A stretch of 64,000 nucleotides of DNA from Heterodontus francisci (taxonomy: Eukaryota), in NCBI RefSeq assembly GCF_036365525.1, contig NW_027140922.1:1-64000 (forward strand). Direction: 5' to 3'. The first letter of the stretch is position 1; every line of letters starts with the position of its first letter. Made by a program: the position numbers and the translations under genes. This document shows, in pieces, positions 25,987-38,281 of the stretch. The notes under the pieces are model-generated. The model saw only the letters and a program-made list of their open reading frames with translations, had not been told where the DNA came from and ran no database searches.

Positions 25987-27589
25987 GATCACGGGATATT
26001 TCAGTCCCCAGATGAACACTGAGAACAGACAGTGAGAGACATTCGATGGTCAGTGTGAGATATCATGGGGTATCTCAGTCCCCAGATAAGCAGTGAGCAA
26101 AGACAGTGAGAGACACTCGATGGTCAGTGCGATATATCATGGGGTATCTCAGTCCCCGGGTGAACACTGAGTACAGATAGTGAGAGACACTCAATTGTCA
26201 GTGTGTGAAATCAGGGATATCTCAGTCCCCAGGTGAACACTGAGTACAGAGAGTGAGGGACACTCGATGGTCAGTGTGAGATATCATGGGGTATATCAGT
26301 CCACTGGTGAACACTGGTTACAGACAGTGGGAGGCACTCGATGGTCAGTGTGGGATATCATGGGGTAACTCAATCTCCAGGTTAGCACTGAGTACAGACA
26401 GTGAGAGATGTTCGATGGTCAGTGTGAGAAATCCTATGGTATCTCAGTCCCCAGGTGAACACTGAGTACAGACAGTGAGAGACATTCGATGGTCAGTGTG
26501 AGAGTTCACGGGGTATCTCAGTCCCCAGATGAACACTGAATAAAGACAGTGAGCGGCACTCAATGGGCAGTGTGAGATATCATGGGATATCTCACTCCCC
26601 AGGTGGACACTGATTAAACGCAGTCAGAGACACTTGATGGTCAGTGTGAGGTGTCATGGGGTATCTCAATCTCCAGGTGAACACTGAGTACAGACAGTGA
26701 GAGACACACGATTGTCAGTGTGAGATATCATGGGGTGTCTCTGTCCCCTGGTTAAAACTGAGTTCAGGCAGTGAGAGACACTCGATGGGCATTGTGATAT
26801 GTCATGGGGTATCTCAATCTCCAGGTGAACACTGAGTACAGACAGTGAGAGACACTCGATGGTCAGTGTGAGAAATCAGGACTATCTGAGTCCCCAGGTG
26901 AACGCTGACTGCAGACAGTGAGAGACACTCGATGGTCAGTGTGAGATATCGGGTGTATCTCAGTCCCCTGGTGTACACTGAGTACAGACAGTGAGAGGCG
27001 CTCGATCGTCAGTGTGAGATATCACGGGGTATCTCAGTCGCCAGGTGAACACTGAGTACAGACAGTGAGAGACACTCGGTGGTCAGTGTGAGATATCATG
27101 GGGTATTTCAGTCCCCAGGTGAACACTGATTAAAGACAGTGAGAGACACTCAATGGTCAGTGCGAGATATCATGAGGTATCTCACTCCCCAGGTGAATAC
27201 TGAATACTGACAGTGGGAGATGTTCGTTGCTCAGTGAGAGATTTCATGTTTTTTTGCCAATATGACAGACTTCTCGAGGACTTGAGCAGCCGTTATAATG
27301 GTTCAGCAAAGGACAGATGGAGCTTCGTGCAGATCAGTGTGAAGTGATGCATTTTGGAAGGAATGAGGAGGAGAGTTAATTGAAATGAAGTTGTATCATT
27401 TTAAAGAGATTTCAGGATGAAAGAGACCTGGGGTGGAATGGACACAGGTCACTGAATTGGCAGGAGAAAGTGAGAACCTTATTAAAAAGCAAACAGGATC
27501 CTTGATTTTAAGTAACAGAGGAGTGGAATACAAAAGCAAGGAAGTTATGCTGAACCTTTATAATTCACTGGTTAGCCCTCAGCTGGAGT

Positions 27590-28830
27590 CATGGAATCAT
27601 AGAGTTATACCACACGAAAACATGCCCTTCGGCCCACCGTGTGCATGCCGGCCATCAATCACCTATTTATTCTGATCGCATTCTCCAGCACTTGGCCCGT
27701 AGTCTTGTATGCTATGGCGTTTCCAGGGCTCATCTAAATACTTCTTAAATGTTTTGAGGGTTCCTGCTCTACCACCTCTTCAGGCAGTGCGTTCCAGATT
27801 CCACCCACCCTCAGGGTGAAAAAGTCTTTGCTCACATCCCCTCGAAACTTCCTGCCCCTCACCATAAATCTGTGCCCCCTGGTTATTGACCCCTCCACGA
27901 AGGGAAAAAGTTTCTTCCTATCTAACCTATCAATGCCCTCATTAGTTTATGTATCTCAATCATGTTCCCCCTTCGCCTTCTCTCCTCCAAGGGAAACAAC
28001 CCTAGCCTTTTCAGTCTCTCTTCATAGCTGAAATGCTCCAGCCCAGGCAACATCCTGGTAAATCTCCTCTGCACCCTCTCCAGTACAATCACATCCTTCC
28101 TGTAGTGTGGTGACCAGAACTGTACACAGTACTCCAGCTGTGGCTGAACTAGCGTTTTATACAGCTTCCATCATAACCTCCCTGCTCTTATAGTCTGTGC
28201 GTTGGATAATAAAGGCAAGTATCCCATACGCCTTCCTAACCACCTTAGCTACCTGTGCTGCTGCCTTCAGTGATCTATGGACAAGTACACAAAGATCCCT
28301 CTGACACCCTGTCCGTCCTAGGGTCCTACCATCCATTGTATATTCCCTTGCCTTGTTAGTCCTCCCAAAATGCATCACCTCACACTTCTCAGGATTAAAT
28401 TCCATTTGCCACTGCTCTGCCCATCTTACCAGCCCATTTATATCATCCTGTAATCTGAGGCTTTCCTTCTCACTATTTACGACACCAACAATTTTCGTGT
28501 CATCTGCCAACTTACTGATCATACCTCCTATATTCACCTCTGAATCAGTAAAGTACACTACAAACAGTAAGGGTCCCAGCACCGATCCCTGCAGTACACC
28601 ACTGGTCACAGGCTTCCAATTTCAAAAACAACCCTCGACCATTACCCTCTGCCTCCTGCCACTAAGCCAATTTTTGATCCAATTTGCCAAATTGCCCTGG
28701 ATCCCATGGGCTCTTATCTTCTTGACCAATCTCTCCTGCGGGACCTTATAAAAAACCTTACTGAAGTCCATGTAGACTACATCAACTGTTTTACCCTCAT
28801 CTACACATCTAGTCATCTTCTCAAAAAATG
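27590..28830 (-). mobile_element. 5'-truncated CR1 LINE nested in an older + strand CR1 remnant (~27260-29130)
   Basis: Minus ORFs 28157-28609 (GVLQGSVLGP, KLADD, WAEQWQMEFNPEKC) and 28622-28858 (YMDFSK). Confidence 0.85.
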
Positions 28831-29144
28831 GAATATTGCGTCCAATTCTGTGCACCACACTTTCAGAAAGATATCCATGATCTAGAGAGGGAGGGTTGGA
28901 GATGGACTGGTTTGGAATTCGGGATGTGGGAATTCAGGGATGTGGATGGACGACAGAGGTTGGGGTCAGAACAGGGAAGTTGAAGTGGGGGCCTGTTGGA
29001 GGCGATCAATATTATGAGGAGTTTTGATAGAGTCGTTGGGGAGAAATTGTTTCCAATGCATAAGGTTTAAGGGGATTGACAAACGAACCAGAGAGTACAA
29101 ACTATTTTGTGCAGAGAGTTGACACGGTCTGGAAAAAATGGAGA

Positions 29145-29542
29145 TGGGGGCATTGCAGTGATATCACTGAACTAGTAATCCAGAGGCTCAGGCTAATGCC
29201 CTGGGGACACGAGTTCAAACGCTACCACGGCAGCTTCTGGAATTTAAATTCAATTGCTTCATAAAAAAATCGGGAATTGAAAGCTTGTCTCGGTAATGGT
29301 GCCATGCAACCATCATCGATTGCCGTAAAAACCCATCTGGTTCCCTAATGCCCTTTAGGGAAGGAAATCTGCCATCCTTACCCGGTCTGGCCTACATGTG
29401 ACTCCAGACCCACAGCAATGTGATCGCCTTAACTGCCCTCTGAAATCGCCTAGCAAGACATTCAGCCATCAAGGGCAATTGGGGATGGGCAGCAAATGAT
29501 GGCCTGATCAGTGATGCCCACATCCCATGAAAGAATAAAAGA
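29145..29542 (+). mobile_element. tRNA-derived SINE (DeuSINE/SacSINE-like) with LINE-related 3' tail
   Basis: tRNA-like head with B-box-like GAGTTCAAA; its 3' end AAGGGCAATTGGGGATGGGC...CATCCCATGAAAGAATAAAA is shared with LINE tails at 36050, 37230 and 42910. Confidence 0.65.
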
Positions 29543-30329
29543 AATACTGTTTGAAGCAGATGTCGCAGTAACTTTGAAAATGGAATTGGATAGATATTTG
29601 AAAAGGAAACATCTGCGGGGCTATGGAAAAACAGCTGGAGCTATTGGGAACAATTGGGCAGCTCTTTGTCAGAGCCAGTACAGGCACGAAGGGCCGAATG
29701 GCCTCTTTATGTCCTGTACGATTCTACGATCTCAGTTCCCAAGTGGAATTCGATCAAGAATAACGTTCTGCTTATGGTGTTCATTGAACAAACCATTCAA
29801 TGATATATTCATGAATAATGAACATTTTAATATTGAGCCGATAAACAAGTTGGAGGCTGAATTAAAATAGCATTTAATACCACATTTTATAAACACGATG
29901 ATAAGAATACTGAGAGTATGTACAAGAAATATAAACATTAAGGAATAAAGAACTTAATTGAATCATAATTAAATTAAAACAAGAAATCGAAGCTAAAAAT
30001 TGAATGAAACCTAAATGTATAAATCTATAAAAGTAAATATTAAATTTATCGAGCAAACACATTTCGCTAAATATTGGAGAGAAATATATAAATATAACTG
30101 GAATATATACAGTATTATCAGCTTATTTGTGTAAATAAAGAACAATAATTTCAGGGCATCCCAAGGATTACAATCTACCTCAATTCTCTTGAGGTGAAAA
30201 TAGATTCCAAAAATAGGAAAAGTAATAATATTAATTACTAATGCAAATATTGAAGATTGATTAGAAAGGCAGACATTTGAAATGATCAAAAGTATAAACG
30301 ATAGGAATTGAAGCACTTAAATGTAAATT

Positions 30330-31310
30330 CCATTTTGAAGCTTTTCAAGCTGGTTTCCACCCCTGTCACAGCTCCTGAAAAAATCCTGATAAAAGAGGCA
30401 AATGATATCCTCTGTGTCCGTGGTCTGTTCCTGATCATCCTTCTCGAACTGTCAACAGTCTTTGACACAGTCCAATACATTACCCTCCGCCAACACCTCT
30501 CCTTCCTTGTCCAGCTGGGTAGGACTCCTCTCGCCTGCTTCCACTCAACGCAATCCTGTCTCAGCCAGAGAATCTCCTGCAGTGTCTTCCCGACCCACAC
30601 GAGGGTATCCCAAGGATCTATCCGTGTCCCCCTCTTATTTCTCATCAGCACACGGCCCTGCTGCTGACTGAGTCCAGCTTCCTTCCCTGTAGCCTCTTCA
30701 CCACAAAGGCTGTCAATTTCACCTTCCTTAATATCCACCATCACTGATTTTGCCTCAGCCAATCTTCTACCTAAAACCCTCAACCTTCTAGAGAATCAAA
30801 TCTTCTAATCCTCTCCTGGCCAGCCTCCCAGCTTCCACTTTCCAGAAGTCAGGACTCCCCCAACACTGTATGTTATGTATGTTATGCTGCTGTATGTTAT
30901 CTTGCTGAAAGTTGAAGTCACATATCACCCCTATGCTCTCTGACCCACATTGTTTCACAGCTGCAAATGCCTTTGGCCTACAATTTTCATCTTCTTGTTC
31001 AAATTCTTTCATGACCTCTCCCGACATCTACCAGCTCATTTCTGTAATCTTCACCAACTCTCTGTGTCTCTGACCCGAGCCTCCTGTATAACTTCCCTCC
31101 ACTCCCTTTCCTCCAACATTGCCTGATGTGGCTTCAAGATGTCCAGCCTCCTAAACCTTTCTGCCTCTCCACCTCTGTCTGTTCTTTTAAACTAACAGTC
31201 AGCCCTCCAATCATCTCCTTCCCTGCCCTGTCAGACATTTCTTCAATCAGATTACTGTGGAACATCTTGGGAGATTATTCTGTGTAATGGTTTGAATAAA
31301 CACAGCTTGT
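30330..31310 (+). mobile_element. Highly degraded L2-like LINE remnant
   Basis: ORF 30308-30667 retains ILLELSTVFDTV and VSQGS, degenerate RT motifs; pyrimidine-rich L2-like 3' region. Confidence 0.55.
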
Positions 31311-31350
31311 TCTGGTTGTACTGGGGGTGAACTTTATGAAAGTTACTCAC

Positions 31351-31399
31351 CCAGGTAACTCAGAATGATCAGCAGAGTCCACATCTTACTGGTGAGATT
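31351..31399 (-). other. Candidate signal-peptide exon (MWTLLIILSYL-G) of an unidentified gene
   Basis: Minus strand: TGTTTCCCTTTCCAG acceptor, ATG at 31384, 34 coding nt, phase-1 GTGAGT donor. Confidence 0.4.
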
Positions 31400-32889
31400 C
31401 TGGAAAGGGAAACACAAGACAAACATTTGAGAGAGATTACCGAGTAGGGAATTGGAGGGAATATTAAATAGGGAGTTGCCGAGGAGTTCGTCAGTATATC
31501 TGTTTTAGATAGGTGAGCTCCATCTAATTATCTCTCTCTCACTGGGGCTCTGACAGACAGAGGTGAGCTCAGCTACATGTTCTTGTTAAACATCAGGAAC
31601 TTGACTCCAATCCTTCACCCTTTCCACTCTCCAAAGCTTTTATGAATAAACCACATGTGTTCCTGACTCTCTCCTCCAAGGTCTGTCTCCTGCATCCCTG
31701 AAACAAACCTCTTTGAATTTCTGACAAAGGTTATGACTGAAGATGGTGTTGTTTCAGGAGAAGCAGGACACACACCCCCTGGGTCAACACCTAGCAAGTG
31801 ACAAACTCCTGTGCTTTTTCGAGCAGTCCTCCCACACCCGACTGCTTACCAAAGTCTCCAAAGTAGATGTCGCTGGGTGGGAGATGTTGTCGGTTCAGTT
31901 CCAGCTGCTTGCTCCTCAGTCTCGGGTCCACTCTGCTGTGAACAGTGTCAGTCTCAGTGTCAGCTCCAACCCCTATATACACCACGACGGATTGACTGCA
32001 GTGCTGGTTGGCTGAAATATTAACATTTAGTAATGATGAATGACATGACATAATCTATGCAAACGAAGGCCTTTTGGTGAAACTATCTGCCATAATAAAC
32101 CAAATTAATATTTCTCCTGGGCCCATGCTAACCCACGGGGCTTTGCTGTTGCAACATAACTTGTCTTCAGTTACCCAACAGGGAGGGTGTAGGGAGATTG
32201 GAGCCTGGGGCTGGGACTCTGAATATTAAAGTTAGTATTTGCCAGTTGGCTGTGTATATTTGATCTTTCATAGGCACTAAGTATTAGGGAGAGAATATTC
32301 ACAGGAGACATGCCTCTCTTATCAGTAGTGGGTCATTATTGGGGGGATGATGAGAGGGGGCAGAGAAACAAGATGTTCCAGAGAGACAAATGATCAGACA
32401 TCCATTTTCCTCCCTGAGGTCGTTGGGGTTAAAGTAAATGATTCTGTTTTTCAGAATATAGTCACAGAATGAGAACAATGAAATCCTCACATCAGCGACA
32501 GTGATACAATCTCCTAAATAGCACAGATACAGCGTTCGTAACACATACAAACCAGAATGAGGAGAACATAAATTTCTCAGTGAGAGAGTGTTTGAGTATT
32601 CAGGACATGGGATATTGTGAGGGGTCCCTGACCAGATGTTAATGTCTCAGTCACTGACTGCTCCTCAACTGCTAACATTGAGATAGCAGTGGGCTTCAGG
32701 TATAAACTTCAATACAAGAACCACCCAGGATGTTGTTTTTTGGAAGGAAAAGTGTTGCATGTAAACTTTATGGAGTTACTGGCAGACCATTGTCCATGAC
32801 TGACCGAATAATAATAAGCAGGTAATTTGTCCCAGATATGGGTGGGATTAGTCTTTGATATGTTTGATTTTGACTGCGAGAATGAGGAG

Positions 32890-33560
32890 AGATGAAACAA
32901 TACAATTTGTGAAGTGGTGCAAGAACAGAGAGACCTGGGGGATGTTTGTGCAGGAATATTTAAAGGTGACAGGGTAGGTTGAGAAAGCGATTAATAAAAC
33001 ATATTGGAGTCTGGGCTTTGTAAATAGAGAGGTCGAGTACAAAAGTCCGGGAGTCATGCCAAACCTGTATAAACCACCAGTTCGGTCCCTGTTGGAACAT
33101 TGTGCCCAATTCAGGGCACCACACTTTCGGAAAGACCTGCAGGCTTTGGAGAGGGTGCAGAAGAGATTTGCTCGGATGGTTCAGTTGGTGAGGAATTTCA
33201 GTCAAGTAAAAAGACTGGGCTAGAAAGGGACGTTCTCCTTAGAGCAGAGAAGGTTAAGGGGAGATTCGATAGATCACCAGAGGGAACAGCTTTAATGTGA
33301 TGGGCAAAGGTACCAGAGGTGACATGAGGATAAATGTTTTTTAATATCATGAGTGGTTTGGATTTGGAGGGCAATGTCTGATAGGGTGGTGGAAATTCAA
33401 TGGTATTATTCAAAAAGGGAATTGGCTCAATACTTGAAGGGGAATTAATTGAGGCAAATGGTGAAAGAGAGGGGAGTTGGATTAACTGGGTTGATTTTCG
33501 AAAGAGATGACAAACCCTCGATGGGCCGAATGGCCTCCCTCTGTTGTACTATTCTAGGAT
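32890..33560 (+). mobile_element. Degenerate CR1 3' fragment
   Basis: Typical CR1 ORF2 C-terminal sequence and GATGGGCCGAATGGCCTCC 3' tail. Confidence 0.7.
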
Positions 33561-34409
33561 TTGTTTCTGATGGGGTGGGATTCGTCTGTCCCCACATTTC
33601 TCTGTTAGATCATTAGCACATTGGGCAGTGCAGTCAGTCCAGGGCTCTAGATAATATTCCTGTGACAGAATCACAATGTCACTGTCCCCTCAGTAATCAC
33701 AATCACCTTGCAGCACATTGTTACTCAATGTTACACTGCCTGTGAAAAGGGGCGTCTGAATGTGCATCTCAGTCCCAACCAGCCCATGTCCAATGCCTAG
33801 TCCCTGATAGTTTCCACAGTCTCCATTCTCACTGGATTGCTGATTCTGTCAATGCCCCTGTGTCCATGCCAGGTTGTCAGATATTCATTCAGTCCCACAA
33901 TGGACTCATTAACACTTCTGAGCCGGCTTTGATATTTGCATTCCCTGGGACTAACAGATTTGAATGTTGTGCCGTGTGTCAACTAGGATAATGTCAACTT
34001 TTACAAAGCAGGAAGCTATTGTGTTTGTCAAGGACTGAGAACAATAGACTCTTCATATCAGAGGCACAGATAAGATCAGCTGAAGGACAAAGATGCACAA
34101 CTAACAACATAGTCAAACAAACTGAGGAGAGAGAGGGGGTGGGAGAGAGAGTTGGGAGTGTGTGTGTGGTGTATGCGTGCATCCAGTCATGCATTATGGA
34201 ACGTGTGATTAATGGAAGAAGCTACAATACAAAGGGTTTGGAGGTAATGCCACAGTTGTAGGAGGCTCTGGTTCGACTACATCTGGAATATTGCACACAG
34301 TCTGGGCACCTTCCTCAACAAGCAGCTGTTTGCCTTAGACCAGATACAGCTGAGATTCACCAGAATGATACTGGGGTTAACACTGAGTACACTCGATGAA
34401 CAGTGACAA

Positions 34410-34765
34410 TTATCCCTGTCTCTGTAACCTCCTCCAGCCCCTACAACCCTCCCTATCTCTGTAACCTCCTCCAGCTCCTCCAATCCTCCCTATGTCTGTA
34501 TCCTGCTTAAGGTAATGCAACCCTCCCTATCTCCGTAACCCCCTCCAGCCCCCGACAAGCTTCCCTATTTCTGTAACCTCCTCCAGCCCCGACAATCCTC
34601 TCTATCTCTGAAACTTCCTCGAGCCCTACATCCCTCCCTCTCTCTGTCACTTCCTCCAGCCCCTACAATACTCCCTATCACTGTAACCTCCTCCAGCCCC
34701 TACAATACTCCCTATCACTGTAACCTCCTCCAGCCCAACAACCCTCCTTATCTCTGTAACCTCCT
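34410..34765 (+). repeat. 37-bp minisatellite (~9 copies)
   Basis: Unit CTCTGTAACCTCCTCCAGCCCCTACAACCCTCCCTAT; period 37 (34421 to 34458). Confidence 0.9.
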
Positions 34766-35179
34766 CTGGGCAATACAACAAATGCAACAAAAACCTCAGC
34801 ACGAAAAGCATCAACAAATGCAACAACAGCCTCAGCGAGGGAAAACACCAACAAATTCAGAAGCAACGTTGGCAAAAAAAAGCTCACCAACCAATGTCAG
34901 GAGGAGAAAAAAACACCAACAGAATTCAAGAAGTGCGTCAGGAGGAGAAAAGCAACAAAGACAACTTCAGCAGGTGAAACACAGCAGCAGATGCAACAAC
35001 ATGTTGAATCTGCACGGTCCTCCTTACCAACATTTCGGGCCTTGTAACAAGGTTGGGAGAGCTGTCAAGCAACAACCTGACATAGTCATACTCAGGGAAT
35101 CATGCCTTACAGACAATGTCACAGAGCTCGCTATCGCCATCCCCGGGTACGTCCTGTTCCACCATCTCCAACTGCTTCA

Positions 35180-36070
35180 TAAATGAAATTCCCTTCAATC
35201 ATAAGGTCAGAGTGGGGATGTTCACTGATGATTTCACAATGTTCAGCATCATTCGTGACAGCTCAGATTCTGAAGCAGCCTGTTTCCAGATGTAGCAAGA
35301 CCTGGACAACATCCAGGCTTGGGCTGATAAGTGGCAAGTAACATTCGCGCCACACAAGTGCCAGGCATTGACCATCTACAACAAGAGAGAATATAACCAT
35401 CTCCCTTTGACATTCAATGGCATTACCATCGCTGAATCCCCCACTGTCAACATCCTGGGTATTGCCATTGAACAGAATCTGAACTGGAGTAGCCGTATAA
35501 ATACTGTGGCTACAAGAGCAGGTCAGAGGCTAGGAATCCTGCAGCGAGTAACTCACCTCCTGACTCCCCAAAGCCTGTTAACCATCTACAAGGCACAAAT
35601 CAGGAGTGTGATGGAATACTGTCCATTTGCCTGGATGGGTGCAGCTCCAACAACACTCAAGAAGCTCGACACCGTCCAGGACAAAGCAGCCCGCTTGATT
35701 GGCACCCCATCTACAAACATTCACTCCCTCAACCACTGATGCATAGTGTCAGCAGTGTGTACCATCTACAAGATCGACTGCAGCAATGCACCAAGGCTCC
35801 CTCCGTCAACACCTTCCAAACCCGCAACCTCTACCACCTAGAAGGACAAGGGCAGCAGATGCATGGGAACACCACCACTTGCAGGTTCCCCTCCAAGTCA
35901 CACACCATCCTGACTTGGAACTATATCGGCTGTTCCTTCACTAACTGTGGGTCAAAATCCTGGAACTCCCTTCCTAACAGCACTGTGGGTGTACCCACCC
36001 CACATGGACTGCAGCGGTTCAAGAAGGCAGCTCACCACCACCTTCTCAAGGGGCAATTAGGGATGGACAA
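35180..36070 (+). mobile_element. LINE 3' fragment (RT C-terminus and tail); shorter relatives at 36895-37300, 42580-42980 and 52695-53225
   Basis: FTDD motif and ORF 35368-35739 (LLTIYKAQIRSVMEYC, KLDTVQDKAARLI); the same 3' tail recurs in the listed copies. Confidence 0.75.
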
Positions 36071-36407
36071 TAATTGTTCCTTGATCTGAACAGCAGTTAG
36101 GATTCTTTTAACAGAGTATCATCCTTAAACATTACCAATTTTCCTCTTTCTCAGATGCAGACTGAGCTGGTTTGTGTTCATCCTTCCGGGTTTGGCGCAT
36201 TTATAGTTTTATCAATGTAATAAATCTGATTTATAATTGGGCTTAACCTGTCGAGCAAATAGAAGTGTGAAGGCAGCAGCGTGACTGGAGGAAATTATTT
36301 TGTCTCCTTCTTAATCCCTTTCTTCTGCTTTTGCCTCTGTCCCTCCCTGTAACCCTCTATCGTTCTCTCCCCATTGATCTGCCATCCTGTATGAAGAATC
36401 TTGTTAG

Positions 36408-36690
36408 ATGTTAGATGGTTCTCCAGTCCCCGGCGGCCAACGCCCTGGTTCCCGGGGAGGAAACCACGCTCCACAGCAGTATTGGGCAGGGCAACATGAC
36501 TGGTATGGACTGGTACTTGCAGATTGGTGACTGCCTGGAATGGATTAGATAGAGTGTACTTTCTGCATCTAAATGCAGGAAAAGGATTGAAACCCAGCAC
36601 GAGACTCAAGCCAACACTTTGACTCTGTCCTTGAAAAGCTCCCGTGCACAAGACAACATCACTTACTACTGCGCGGCTCACAAGTACACA
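36408..36690 (+). pseudogene. TRBV: TCR V pseudogene 1 (same family as the V at 45380)
   Basis: VLQSPAANALVPGEETTLHSSIGQGNMTGMDWYLQIGDCLEWIR*...QDNITYYCAA: first Cys lost, in-frame TAG; followed by a 23-RSS. Confidence 0.8.
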
Positions 36691-36729
36691 CACAGTGTAA
36701 CTAGAATGCAAGGAAACACGGCATAAACT
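36691..36729 (+). other. 23-RSS
   Basis: CACAGTG + 23 bp + GCATAAACT. Confidence 0.85.
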
Positions 36730-37756
36730 CGGGAATGATGTAATACACCTTCCCCCAGTCTTTGGGGGTATGGTAGTATAGCTGTTATGTTACTGGGACT
36801 AGTAATCCAGAGGCCTCGACTGAATAATCCAGAGCACAGGAGTTCAAATCCCACCACAGCTTCTGGGGGAATCTAACTAAACAAACATCACCTTAAATGT
36901 TCACTCCCACCACCACCGACGCACAGTGGAAGCAGTATGTACCAGCTGCAAAAAGCACTGCAGTAATGCACCAAGGCTCCTTCGACAGCACCTTCCAAAC
37001 CCGCGGCCTCTACCAACTAGATGGACAAGGGCAGCAGAATCATGGGGACACCACCGCCTGCAAGGTCCCCTCCAAGTCACACACCATCGTGACTTGGAAC
37101 TATATCACCGTTCCTTCATTGTCGCTGGGTCAAAATCCTGAAACTCCCTTCCTAACAGCACTGTGGGAGTACCTACACTACATGGACTGCAGTGGTTCAC
37201 GAAGGCAGCTCACCACCACCTTCTCAAGGGGCAATTAGGGATGGACAATAAATGCTGACCTCAACCAGCATCGCCCAAAATCCCATGAATGAATTAAAAA
37301 ATAGAAAATAACCGCACCAAAAATACATCAACAACCTCAACATGCAAAAACCAAATTGAACAACAATTTAAACAGGGAAGAAAACAACAAGTACAACAAA
37401 AACCTCAGCAGGGAAAACACCAACCAACACAACAACTACCTCAGCAGGAGAACAAGGCCAACAAATTCAACAACAGATCAGCAGGAGATTCAAACACCAA
37501 CAAATTCAACAACCTCAGTCGGAGAAAAACACCAGCAAATACAACAACAACCTCAGCAGTAGAATGATACCAATAAATGCCACAGCAACTACTGGCAGCC
37601 AATGGTAGAGAGAGGGGCGTGGGTTCCCCATCAGGGAGGGAGGTGTTGTGCAAACCTGAATCACTTGCTTGAGTCTACATGTGGCTCCTCACAAGACTCA
37701 ACTGTCTTCTTTCCACTGATTTCCCAATTGCAGGATAAGCTTCCAGTGGAAGATGT

Positions 37757-38242
37757 ATGTTATTGAGTCTCATGGTCTTATTTCAAAGTAAAGGATCTTT
37801 CTCACCACCACCCCACACCCCCATTGTTTTTATTAACAGCTCTCTTTCTTATTTTCTTTCTCTCTATCTTTCTCTTCTTCCTTCATTCTTCACATCCCAG
37901 ATTGTCCATGTTCACTGACTTTCTTCTCTCCCGGTCTCTTCCCCCAGGCGCAATCTCCGCGAGGGTCCGCCAGACTCCCACCGCCGTCTCCAGATTTCCT
38001 GGGGAGGGAGTGAGACTGGAGTGCCGTGTGGAGGATGAGAGTAGCGGTTACATGTTCTGGTACAGACAGGACCGGGGAAGGAGCCGCGGCTGATGTTTTA
38101 CTCCACAGCTACACCAGGTGTGAACTCAGAGGGGACGGTGGAGGGTTTCAACGCCAAACGACCGACTGGCTCCCAGTTCAACCTGGAGTCCACCAGCCTG
38201 CAGGAGAATCACTCGGCCCTGTATTTCTGTGCCTGGAGTCAG
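37757..38242 (+). pseudogene. TRBV: TCR V segment 2 (CAWS type), leader 37757-37787, V exon 37948-38242, single-base frameshift in FR2
   Basis: Leader MLLSLMVLFQ with phase-1 GT; V exon RVRQTP...LECRV...YMFWYRQDRG, then a frameshift in a G run, then LMFYS...NHSALYFCAWS. Confidence 0.85.
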
Positions 38243-38281
38243 CACAGTGACTCAGAGAGACGGAGCAGTTCAACAAAACAC
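38243..38281 (+). other. 23-RSS
   Basis: CACAGTG + 23 bp + ACAAAACAC. Confidence 0.85.

Larger units (their letters stand above)
12397..27150 (+). repeat. Higher-order repeat of ~5.3 kb (about 2.8 copies) within the satellite
   Basis: Near-identical ORF sets recur at offsets of 5310 (13379 to 18689) and 5236 (18689 to 23925, one monomer shorter). An internal ~1033-bp sub-duplication is seen at 15581 and 16614. Confidence 0.93.
6585..27248 (+). repeat. Tandem satellite, 73-74-bp monomer, roughly 220 copies, interrupted by three CR1 fragments
   Basis: Consensus GAGATATCATGGGGTATCTCAGTCCCCAGGTGAACACTGAGTACAGACAGTGAGAGACACTCGATGGTCAGTGT recurs head-to-tail. Copy number is estimated from length. 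Confidence 0.97.

Noticed and set aside
6585-27248. Satellite as a CRISPR array or an RSS array (GACAGTG, CACACTG motifs)
   Set aside because: There are no unique spacers and the context is eukaryotic. GACAGTG lacks the essential CAC, and no nonamer lies at 12 or 23 bp from either motif.
29740-30310. AT-rich stretch with short ORFs
   Set aside because: Low-complexity intergenic sequence with no motif support.
31791-32550. Minus-strand ORFs 31791-32051 and 32299-32550 as coding exons
   Set aside because: No recognisable domain; splicing the first to the 31399 exon gives a stop within four codons, so it is better read as UTR.
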